Shown in pieces: positions 1-7,443 of a stretch of DNA of 15,303 nucleotides. Numbering within the stretch: position 1 is the stretch's first letter; every line of letters begins with the position of its first letter. The DNA comes from Candidatus Hodarchaeota archaeon. GTDB taxonomy: Archaea > Asgardarchaeota > Heimdallarchaeia > Hodarchaeales > Hodarchaeaceae. A program made the position numbers and the translations under genes. A model generated the notes under the pieces. The model was not told the origin of the DNA. It ran no database searches and saw only the letters and a list, made by a program, of their open reading frames with translations. The DNA is taken from the NCBI GenBank assembly GCA_016840035.1, contig JAEOTC010000057.1, positions 1 to 15,303 on the forward strand, given 5' to 3'.

Positions 1-449
1 TACGAGGAACAGTAAGTAGAAGTACTTCACTAACTAAAACACTCCACTTATTACGATTGAACCGGACAAATCATTGTGTGATTCTTGATGATCGTCCTAC
101 ATATAAGGGTATGTTACAGAAGGCAAAAGACATTATTGCATGGGGAGAGCTTTCCCCTGAGAGTGTTCGGGACCTGTTATTAAAACGTGGACGTCTTGAA
201 GGCAATAAAAGAATCACGGAAGAATATATTAAGAAAAACACTGAGTTTTCAAGTATTGATAATTTCATAAACAAATTCATGAATTTTGAAGCAGATCTCT
301 CTGATATCCAGGGCTTAAAGCCAGTTTTCCGCTTACACCCACCCCTCAAAGGCCACCACCGAAAGGGAGTAAAATATGCTTTTACTCTAGGAGGAGCATT
401 AGGATATCGAGGCTCCGAAATTAATCAATTAATTACAAAAATGGCTTGA
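1..449 (+). CDS. rpl30: 50S ribosomal protein uL30 (L30P), 5'-partial
   Basis: The frame is open from the window edge (RGTVSRSTSLTKTLHLLRL-NRTNHCV), so the TTG at 57 is internal. Archaeal L30 motifs GMLQKAKDIIAWGE, PVFRLHPP and GGALGYRG are present. Confidence 0.96.
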   Translation, partial: RGTVSRSTSLTKTLHLLRLNRTNHCVILDDRPTYKGMLQKAKDIIAWGELSPESVRDLLLKRGRLEGNKRITEEYIKKNTEFSSIDNFINKFMNFEADLSDIQGLKPVFRLHPPLKGHHRKGVKYAFTLGGALGYRGSEINQLITKMA

Positions 450-460
450 AGTGACAGAAA

Positions 461-904
461 ATGACCATTAGGAAGCAAAAGAAAGTACGTAAGCAACGCG
501 GAAGCCGTGTGTATGGTTATGGAAGAATTTCTGGAGGCCACAGAAAAGGTGGATCCAGAGGTGGAAAAGGCAATGCTGGGAGTAAAGGACATCATCGAAT
601 AGGAAAAATTAGTCAAATGATCCTAGATCAGAAAGGATTCACATCTCCGAATCCAACAGTTTCAATGTTTATCAATGTAGGAGATATAAATGAACAGCTG
701 GATTTCCTTCTGGCAGCAGAAATCGCGAAAAAAGAAGGAAAAACAGTAACAGTTGATATGAGCAAATTGGGACCAATTAAAGTATTGGGAAAAGGATTAG
801 TAACTCATCCTATACATTTACGTGCTGATTCCATCACCACAACTGCTCAAGAAAAAATCGAAGCAGCTGGTGGGAAAGTTATTAGTGAACCCACAGAAGC
901 CTAG
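461..904 (+). CDS. rpl15: 50S ribosomal protein uL15
   Basis: RKQRGSRVYGYG..HRKGGSRGGKGNAG..H, INVG, KVLGKG and AQEKIEAAGG motifs; follows uL30 as expected. Confidence 0.96.
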   Translation: MTIRKQKKVRKQRGSRVYGYGRISGGHRKGGSRGGKGNAGSKGHHRIGKISQMILDQKGFTSPNPTVSMFINVGDINEQLDFLLAAEIAKKEGKTVTVDMSKLGPIKVLGKGLVTHPIHLRADSITTTAQEKIEAAGGKVISEPTEA

Positions 905-979
905 GTATAATAAATTATTTAATCTCGAATTAAAAGAAAAAAAATTGCGTAAGGATTGATATCTTTACCATAATTCTAT

Positions 980-1084
980 GGGCCGGTGGTCTAGTCCGGT
1001 AAACTGATCGGAGAATCTGGTCAGTCTGCGATTGACGCCTCCCTGACACGGAGGAGGTCGGCAGTTCAAATCTGCTCCGGCCCA
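980..1084 (+). tRNA. tRNA-Val(GAC) with a ~30-31 nt intron in the D-loop
   Basis: Acceptor stem GGGCCGG(980-986)/CCGGCCC(1077-1083), discriminator A1084; D-stem GTC(989-991)/GAC(1034-1036); anticodon arm CCTCC-CTGACAC-GGAGG (GAC at 1045-1047); T-arm GGCAG-TTCAAAT-CTGCT. Extra sequence lies at ~1002-1032. CCA is not encoded (followed by CTA). Confidence 0.93.
1002..1032 (+). other. Non-canonical tRNA intron (approx. position 21/22) with relaxed BHB motif
   Basis: 10-bp hairpin ACTGATCGGA-GAA-TCTGGTCAGT (1003-1025), preceded by a 3-nt bulge TAA (1000-1002) and a short helix CGG/CTG. The 3' boundary is uncertain by 1 nt. Confidence 0.8.
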
Positions 1085-1297
1085 CTATCTTTTCTATAAA
1101 AATTCCCTCGTCTCATAACACCTGGGAATGTTAGGATATTCAGGAGAGCTTCATTGTCATACTATATCTCAGAAGTTAATTTAGTGTTAACACAAATTCA
1201 GTACTGAAACTTCCATACTTGTTAGTTAGTATTCACAAAAGCTGAAGTGGGAATAAAATAAAGTTCCCGACAAAGATTGCAGATATGGAAAAATGAA

Positions 1298-1693
1298 TTA
1301 TTTCAGGGGAACAAATTGAGATCCACGAGTGGCTCCAATTCCTGGTGCGGAGTGTTTTACCTGCTTACATGTTGGGGCGTATTCACCTAAATAATGCCCA
1401 AGTGTTTCAGGTATCAAGGAGACTCTCAGAAATTCTCTACCATTGTGAACGTGTACAATTGCACCTATTAACTCTGGTAAAATGATAAAATCTCTGCAAT
1501 GAGTTCTTACAGGACGTTTTGTCTCTTTGGATGCGCTAATCCTCTCCATAAGTCTAATATGTTGAGTACTCATACCACGAGTTAATGAACGACGTTGTCT
1601 TGCAGGAAGTAATGAAATGAACTCATCCATTGATTTTTGCTTCAGTTCATCTAGCGTAAATCCACGATATTGAAAAACACGACGGGAGGACAT
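1298..1693 (-). CDS. rps19: 30S ribosomal protein uS19
   Basis: FQYRG.TLDEL, LLPARQRRSLTRG, VRTHCRD.IILPE, GHYLGEYA.T...VKH..PGIGATRGSQFVPLK. Confidence 0.97.
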   Translation of the reverse strand: MSSRRVFQYRGFTLDELKQKSMDEFISLLPARQRRSLTRGMSTQHIRLMERISASKETKRPVRTHCRDFIILPELIGAIVHVHNGREFLRVSLIPETLGHYLGEYAPTCKQVKHSAPGIGATRGSQFVPLK

Positions 1694-1967
1694 GATACAT
1701 CACATGTATACCTATTTAAGGGGAGAGCAAGAAGGGGTTAAAAAATTAAGTCTATCAATCCAAATGGAAGAAAATTAAATCATGCAATTGATATTCGCAT
1801 GTATAGGATGATTTGAAAATATTTCTTTTTCTGTAAGGCCAAAGTTCAAAATGACGATATTTTAGCACTGAAAAATTAACCGTTTATTCATTGGTAGAGT
1901 AAAAAGGAAGTACTTGGCAAAAAAATATCAAGAACCAATGAATAACACATTCAGCGGAAGGAGATAC

Positions 1968-1976
1968 TTTTTATAA
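1968..1976 (+). promoter_or_regulatory. Candidate TATA box for the uL22 operon
   Basis: TTTTTATAA preceded by a purine-rich stretch, about 105 nt upstream of the uL22 ATG. Confidence 0.4.
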
Positions 1977-2081
1977 TCCACTAAATGTAACCTTAAATGT
2001 CAAATATAAGCCAGAACCATAAGGAAATGGCTAGAGAGAAGAAAATAACAGGAAAAAGAACTCTACTCTCTAATAACAATA

Positions 2082-2558
2082 ATGGTTGAAAATAAATTGC
2101 CAAAGTATAAGATCTCAGTCTTTGGACTGGACGCAGATCGAACTGCCATCGCTACAGGCCGAAATCTACGCATTTCCCCGAAACATGCGCGCGAGATTTG
2201 TCGCGAATGTAAAGGAAAATACTTGGAAACAGCTCAAGAGTACCTGGAGCAAGTAGTTAATCTGGAAAGAAGCGTACCATTTAGACGTTATCGCAAGAAA
2301 GTACCCCATAGAAGCGATCTGACAGGTTGGCCGACTGGACGTTACCCACAGAAAGCGGCGAAAGAAATCCTTCGGGTTCTAGAAAATGCAGAACAAAATT
2401 CATCATTTAAAGGGTTAGAAGTTAGTCGCTTACGTATTACTCATATGGCTGCACAACGGGGACGAAAGATACGCGGGTTCACCCCAAGGGCTCATGGCAG
2501 ATCCTCACCAAGTCATAATACGCTTACACATATAGAAGTAGTTGTAACAGAAGAGTGA
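2082..2558 (+). CDS. rpl22: 50S ribosomal protein uL22
   Basis: LRISPKHAREICR, VPFRRY.KKV.HR, GRYPQKAA, PRAHGRSSP and THIEVVV motifs. Confidence 0.97.
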   Translation: MVENKLPKYKISVFGLDADRTAIATGRNLRISPKHAREICRECKGKYLETAQEYLEQVVNLERSVPFRRYRKKVPHRSDLTGWPTGRYPQKAAKEILRVLENAEQNSSFKGLEVSRLRITHMAAQRGRKIRGFTPRAHGRSSPSHNTLTHIEVVVTEE

Positions 2559-2563
2559 TAATC

Positions 2564-3346
2564 ATGGCTGCACAAAAAGCGTTTATTAACAGAAATTTGA
2601 AATATGTTCAAGTAAATGAATATCTCAACCGTGAATTAACACTCGCAGGTCAGGGAGAAATCGAAATTCATAAAACTCCAATGGGTCATCGGGTAATCAT
2701 TCATGCAGTAAGATTAGGTATGGTTATTGGGAGACGAGGAAGGAATATCCGAAAAATTACTGAAACATTGGAACATAAATACGGTTTAGAAACCCCACAA
2801 CTCGAAGTTCGTGATTTAGAAGAACCTCGCCTCAATGCCCGTGTAATGGCTGGGCGTCTGATTTCTCAGATACAAAAAGGATTCCATTTTCGTCGAGCTG
2901 GATATGCCTTAGTTCGCAGAATAATGTCTGCTAATGCAAGAGGGTGCGAAATTTCGATAAAAGGAAAACTCACCTCTCAACGAGCACGAACGGAAGTATT
3001 TAGAGAGGGTTTCGTTGCAAAATGTGGAGAACCAGCAGAAATTTTTGTTGATGAGGCCGTGCTCGAGGTCACACTCAAGCAAGGGGTAATTGGAGTTCAT
3101 GTAAAAATCATGCAACCAGATGCAATATTGCCAGATGACGCAGTGTTGATTCCAGAAGTGTTCGGTCCACCAGAAGAAGATGAAAAGGAAACAACTGAAG
3201 AAGTTGAAGAACTAGAAGTTGTCGAACACGATGAAGAACAGCCTAAAGATGAAGAAGAGACATCGATCCCTTCAGAAGAGGTTGATGCTGAAGAAATTGA
3301 CGATGAAAAGCTATTGAAAGAAGAAGATTTTCAAGAGGAAGAATAA
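2564..3346 (+). CDS. rps3: 30S ribosomal protein uS3, with long acidic C-terminal tail
   Basis: KH motif GMVIGRRGRNIR, HFRRAGY, GCEISIKGKLTSQRAR and KQGVIGVHVKIM. Start is ATG 2564 or GTG 2555 (overlapping the uL22 stop). Confidence 0.97.
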   Translation: MAAQKAFINRNLKYVQVNEYLNRELTLAGQGEIEIHKTPMGHRVIIHAVRLGMVIGRRGRNIRKITETLEHKYGLETPQLEVRDLEEPRLNARVMAGRLISQIQKGFHFRRAGYALVRRIMSANARGCEISIKGKLTSQRARTEVFREGFVAKCGEPAEIFVDEAVLEVTLKQGVIGVHVKIMQPDAILPDDAVLIPEVFGPPEEDEKETTEEVEELEVVEHDEEQPKDEEETSIPSEEVDAEEIDDEKLLKEEDFQEEE

Positions 3347-3349
3347 ACA

Positions 3350-3553
3350 ATGGCAATATTGAGAAAATCAAAAATTAGGGAAATGAACGCAAAAGAAAGA
3401 GAGAAAAAGCTTCAGGAACTCAAAACTGAACTTCTCACATTGCGATCAAAAGCCCAGACTGGATCAATAGAATCAGCAGGTAGAGTGCGGGAATTAAGAC
3501 GTACTATTGCAAGAATATATACCATTAGTAAAGAAGAAGGTCAGTCCCTTTAA
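3350..3553 (+). CDS. rpl29: 50S ribosomal protein uL29
   Basis: MAILRKSKIREM...EKKLQELKTEL...GRVRELRRTIARIYT; canonical position after uS3. Confidence 0.96.
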   Translation: MAILRKSKIREMNAKEREKKLQELKTELLTLRSKAQTGSIESAGRVRELRRTIARIYTISKEEGQSL

Positions 3554-3830
3554 TACATACAAAGAGGTAGTAAGGAAAAATATCACGAAATCACGCTTGG
3601 TCGGAACATCTGCTCGTATTACCTGCTACGGAAACACATATACTGGTGAAATTATTACCGAAACAAAAAATACAATCAAAATAAAAACGAGAGATGGAAT
3701 CAAAACACTTCCCAAAGATCAAGCAATTATACAAATTCAAATTAACGATCAAAAATTCAATATAGACGGCAAACAATTGAAAGGCAGACACGAAGACCGT
3801 ATAAAACATAGGATGAAACGTAAATGGTGA
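3507..3830 (+). CDS. rnp1: Ribonuclease P protein component 1 (Rpp29/POP4 family)
   Basis: LVG..ARI, GEIITETKNT, KTLPK, IDGKQLKGRHEDRIK motifs; conserved location between uL29 and uS17. Start codon uncertain. Confidence 0.88.
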   Translation: MQEYIPLVKKKVSPFNTYKEVVRKNITKSRLVGTSARITCYGNTYTGEIITETKNTIKIKTRDGIKTLPKDQAIIQIQINDQKFNIDGKQLKGRHEDRIKHRMKRKW

Positions 3831-4168
3831 AACGAAAATACTCACGACAAATTGGGATCGCCCCCCTGCCAAAGAGGACATGCGATGATAATAACTGTCC
3901 ATTCCATGGCACTTTGTCCGTTCGTGGAAGAATTATTGAAACTGATGTGATTTCAGACAGGATGGACAAAACAGTCACTGTACAAAGATCACAATTAGAG
4001 CTAAATAGAAAATATAAGCGGTACGGTCGATCAAGTACACGGATGCACGCACACAATCCACCCTGTATTGATGTTAAAGCTGGAGACCGAGTAAGAATCG
4101 GTGAGTGCCGTCCAATATCTAAAACAGTATCATTTGTTGTAATTGAAAAGATTGAGTTAGGAGAATAA
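3824..4168 (+). CDS. rps17: 30S ribosomal protein uS17
   Basis: CDDNNCPFHGTLSVRG, MDKTVTV, HAHNPPC and IGECRPISKTVSFVV. Confidence 0.97.
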   Translation: MVKRKYSRQIGIAPLPKRTCDDNNCPFHGTLSVRGRIIETDVISDRMDKTVTVQRSQLELNRKYKRYGRSSTRMHAHNPPCIDVKAGDRVRIGECRPISKTVSFVVIEKIELGE

Positions 4169-4172
4169 GCTC

Positions 4173-4589
4173 ATGAAAAAACGAAGAGCTATGCGTCTGG
4201 TGACACGGAAGATTACCCGTGCATTACCTACTGGGGCCATTGTTCCAGTCGCTGATAATTCAGGCGCTAGAATGATCCAAGTAATAAGTGTTAAAGGACA
4301 TAAAACACGATTAAGAAGACAACCAGCTGCTAAAGTAGGCGATCTAATAGTCTGTTCAGTTAAAAAAGGATCACCTAAATTGCGACGTCAAATCGTCCAT
4401 GCAGTTGTCATTCGACAGAAAAAACCATACAAACGCGCTGATGGAAGTTGGATATCTTTCGAAGATAATGCTGTTGTTGTTACAAATGAAACTGGAGAAC
4501 CCCGTGGGAGTGAGATTCGCGGGACAGTATCTAAGGAAGCTGCTGACTCTTGGCCACGAATTGCCAGTGCAGCACGAATTATATCATGA
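4173..4589 (+). CDS. rpl14: 50S ribosomal protein uL14
   Basis: ADNSGAR, VGD...SVKKG, AVVIRQKKPYKR.DG..ISFEDNAVV and WPRIAS. Confidence 0.97.
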   Translation: MKKRRAMRLVTRKITRALPTGAIVPVADNSGARMIQVISVKGHKTRLRRQPAAKVGDLIVCSVKKGSPKLRRQIVHAVVIRQKKPYKRADGSWISFEDNAVVVTNETGEPRGSEIRGTVSKEAADSWPRIASAARIIS

Positions 4590-4604
4590 GAAAAGTGAAA
4601 AACC

Positions 4605-5039
4605 ATGGGCTCTCAATTAAAGACTAAGAATCCGACCAAACAACGGAATCGAATTGCTAAAGCAAGTTCATTTCACAGACATAAACTTATGTCAGTCCGT
4701 GTCTCCAAAGACTTGAGAAAGAAATACAAAGTCAAAAGAATTCCAGTAAGGAAAGGAGACACAGTGTATGTGACGTCTGGAGACTTTGTAGGTACAGAGG
4801 GAAAAGTACAATCGGCTGATTACAAAAATCAAAAGCTTTTCATCGAGGGGATTGCCCGAGAGAAAGCAGACAAATCCAAAATTATGTATCCAATTCATGT
4901 ATCAAAAGTCGTCATTCGCAGATTTGGGAAGGTGGGAACCAAACGTAAAGCGAGTTTAGAAAGAAAAGCGAAACAAGCTCTAGAAATTGAGGATGAAGAC
5001 ATTAGCGAAGTAATCACTGAAATTGAAGAGGAAGAATAA
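4605..5039 (+). CDS. rpl24: 50S ribosomal protein uL24
   Basis: PTKQR, SKDLRKKY, KOW motif PVRKGDTVYVTSGDF.G.EGKV, and PIHVSKV; acidic tail. Confidence 0.96.
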   Translation: MGSQLKTKNPTKQRNRIAKASSFHRHKLMSVRVSKDLRKKYKVKRIPVRKGDTVYVTSGDFVGTEGKVQSADYKNQKLFIEGIAREKADKSKIMYPIHVSKVVIRRFGKVGTKRKASLERKAKQALEIEDEDISEVITEIEEEE

Positions 5040-5053
5040 AGGATTGAAATATT

Positions 5054-5830
5054 ATGGGTAGTAAAGGAAGTACAAGGCATAGTAAACGGTTAAGTGCCCC
5101 TATTACTTACGCTATTAAACGGAAGCATGGCGTATTCACGATTAGACCCCACCCAACTAGAGGACCTTATGAAACTGCAATTCCTTTAGGAATTATCCTA
5201 CGAGAGATTCTAGGTTATGCAAAAACCTTGAACGAAGTTAAAAAAATCCTCGCTAGGAAGTCGGTTAAGGTTGATGGGAAAGTCAGAACTGATTACAAAT
5301 TTGCGCTTGGGCCAATGGATGTCTTGGAAATTACGAAAACAAACGAATTCTTCCGTTTCGTTCCATACCAAGGAAAAAGATTATACACATTGCATCCAAT
5401 CACCGAAGAAAACGCAAAGCGAAAAATCTTACAAGTGAAGAAGAAGAATTCTTTAAAAGGTGGATTGACACAATTTACTTTTCATGATGGAAGAACTCTT
5501 GCAGTAAATTCAAGTGAAGAAACAAATATCCCAATCCAGGAAATTTCACCTAAAGATTCTGTTCTATTCAATCTTGAAACCAATGAAGTAGTCGAGCATT
5601 ATCCGTTCGCTGAAGGGAATTTCGGTTTAATTGCAGGTGGTAGACATGTGGGTTTATTAGGAAAAATTACCGAAATAGAATCCCAACTAGGTAGAAAAAT
5701 GAGGACGATTACTTTTCAAACTGATGAGGGAGAAATTAAAACATCTGATACCCATATCTTCATAGTAGGGACAGATAAAGCTATGGTATCCTTACCAGAA
5801 CCAACTGGAGAGACAAAAGATGAGTCGTAG
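5054..5830 (+). CDS. rps4e: 30S ribosomal protein eS4
   Basis: MGSKG..RHSKRLSAP, VKVDGKVRTDYKF.LG.MDV, HDGRT and GGRHVG..GKI. Confidence 0.97.
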   Translation: MGSKGSTRHSKRLSAPITYAIKRKHGVFTIRPHPTRGPYETAIPLGIILREILGYAKTLNEVKKILARKSVKVDGKVRTDYKFALGPMDVLEITKTNEFFRFVPYQGKRLYTLHPITEENAKRKILQVKKKNSLKGGLTQFTFHDGRTLAVNSSEETNIPIQEISPKDSVLFNLETNEVVEHYPFAEGNFGLIAGGRHVGLLGKITEIESQLGRKMRTITFQTDEGEIKTSDTHIFIVGTDKAMVSLPEPTGETKDES

Positions 5831-6416
5831 AGGAAAAGCACCAGTTGAAGAAGAACGAGAACCCGTTCCATTGACTGAAGAAGAACAAAAATTCGTTGAA
5901 GATTGGAAAGCTCATCCAATGAAGAGACCTATCGTAAGAAAAGTAAGTGTAAATTTTGGTGTAGGAACCTCTGGTCCTGAGCTAGAAAAAGCACGAGAAC
6001 TATGTGAAAAAATAACTAATCAAGTCCCAGCAGAAGGAAAAGCAAAAGAATCAGTGAGAGGATTTGCAATCCGTAAGCACGAACCAATAGCAGTTTTTAC
6101 CACTCTACGCGGTGAACTCGCAAAAGAATTCTTAAAAAAGTCACTGTGGGCTCTTGAAGATCGAGTATCTGCAAAAAACTTCGACACGCATGGAAATCTG
6201 TCATTCGGAATAAGTGACCATTTAGATTTACCGAACATCAAATATGATCCAAAAATCGGTGTACATGGATTTAACACAACCGTGGTTTTGGAACGAAATG
6301 GTTTTCGAGTAAAAAAACGACGTATACGCCCTCATAAGATCCCAAAACGACATAAAATATCAAAAGCAGAAGGAATTGCCTTTTTTAAACATGAATATAA
6401 TCTTGGAGTCGAATAA
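5820..6416 (+). CDS. rpl5: 50S ribosomal protein uL5
   Basis: [48 protein letters not shown] and IPKRHKI; charged N-terminal extension. Confidence 0.97.
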   Translation: MSRRGKAPVEEEREPVPLTEEEQKFVEDWKAHPMKRPIVRKVSVNFGVGTSGPELEKARELCEKITNQVPAEGKAKESVRGFAIRKHEPIAVFTTLRGELAKEFLKKSLWALEDRVSAKNFDTHGNLSFGISDHLDLPNIKYDPKIGVHGFNTTVVLERNGFRVKKRRIRPHKIPKRHKISKAEGIAFFKHEYNLGVE

Positions 6417-6418
6417 GC

Positions 6419-6577
6419 ATGCAAAAATCAACTGATACACAAAGAACCATGGGAAAAGGGGCCCGTACCTGCCGTCGATGTGGAACACACAGAGCTATTA
6501 TCAGAAAATATGGATTAAATATCTGTCGTCGATGTATCCGTGAAATTGCTGGAGATTTAGGTTTTCGGAAATATTGA
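6419..6577 (+). CDS. rps14: 30S ribosomal protein uS14 (zinc-binding type), not in the ORF track
   Basis: Manual translation gives 52 aa [52 protein letters not shown], with two CxxC pairs, directly after uL5. Confidence 0.96.
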   Translation: MQKSTDTQRTMGKGARTCRRCGTHRAIIRKYGLNICRRCIREIAGDLGFRKY

Positions 6578-7443
6578 AGAAACGAAAAACTCCATTCGAT
6601 CAAATTGTTGAAACTGTAGAGAAAGAAGGTTATCTACCTACAGAATTATTAACTCGTTTACCAAAACATTGGAGACGAGTAGGGACGGTGGGAATCATTG
6701 AACTCCATACACAATTATACCCATGGAGAGAGGACATAGGTCACAGTTACTTATCGGTACTGAACGAACTTACTTCAATTGTACAGAAGATCGGTATTAC
6801 AACCGAAACTATACGTACACCTGGATTAGAATTTATTGCAGGCAATCCGAATACAGTTACCCTCCATAAGGAACTCGGCTGTAAGTTCTGGATCGATGCA
6901 TTAAAACTAACTTTTTCCACTGGAAATCATGCTGAACGTCAAAGATTAATTAAAATCGTAAAAGAGGACGAACAGATTATAGATATGTTTGCTTGCGTCG
7001 GAAATCTCTCTTTACCAATTTCAGTCCACCATCCAACCATAAGGATGAAAGGAATCGAAATAAATCCTTATGCTTTCTCTTTTTTAGAAAGAAATATTCT
7101 TGAAAATCATTTAGAAGAACGATATGAAGCGATTTTAGGGGATAATCAAACGCATACACCTGAAAACTGGGCACATAGGATCTTGATGGGGTATTTCGAA
7201 ATAAAACCTGCACAGCTTGAGGTAGCATTGGGAGCATTGAAACAAGATCAGGGAGGGATTTTACATACACACGGATTGACAACTCACAAACAGCCAACAA
7301 GTTGGCAGAAAGAAATCGATCGCATAATAAAAGCAAAATATTATAATTTTCAAATAGGGTCTATAGATCGACGAATGATTAAGTCGATTGCACCTGGCGT
7401 CAACCATTTTGTGGACGATATTGAGATAGTTCGCATCAACTAA
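6574..7443 (+). CDS. taw2: Taw2/TYW2-like tRNA(Phe) wyosine aminocarboxypropyltransferase (Trm5/Met-10+ class I SAM-dependent family)
   Basis: [46 protein letters not shown] and [14 protein letters not shown] start overlaps the uS14 stop. Taw2 versus Trm5 is judged from motifs only. Confidence 0.75.
   Translation: MKKRKTPFDQIVETVEKEGYLPTELLTRLPKHWRRVGTVGIIELHTQLYPWREDIGHSYLSVLNELTSIVQKIGITTETIRTPGLEFIAGNPNTVTLHKELGCKFWIDALKLTFSTGNHAERQRLIKIVKEDEQIIDMFACVGNLSLPISVHHPTIRMKGIEINPYAFSFLERNILENHLEERYEAILGDNQTHTPENWAHRILMGYFEIKPAQLEVALGALKQDQGGILHTHGLTTHKQPTSWQKEIDRIIKAKYYNFQIGSIDRRMIKSIAPGVNHFVDDIEIVRIN

Noticed and set aside
1050-1084. tRNA 3' end as the att site of an integrated element
   Set aside because: I saw no duplicate of the tRNA 3' end and no integrase in the window.
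1102-1129. ATTCCC...GGGAAT hairpin whose loop contains CTCATAACA, also present in repeat copy 2
   Set aside because: Only a 9-nt match with unrelated arms; compatible with chance.
1178-1208. Short palindromes GTGTTAACAC and TTCAGTACTGAA downstream of the tRNA
   Set aside because: Short, in AT-rich sequence between convergent genes, with no supporting context.
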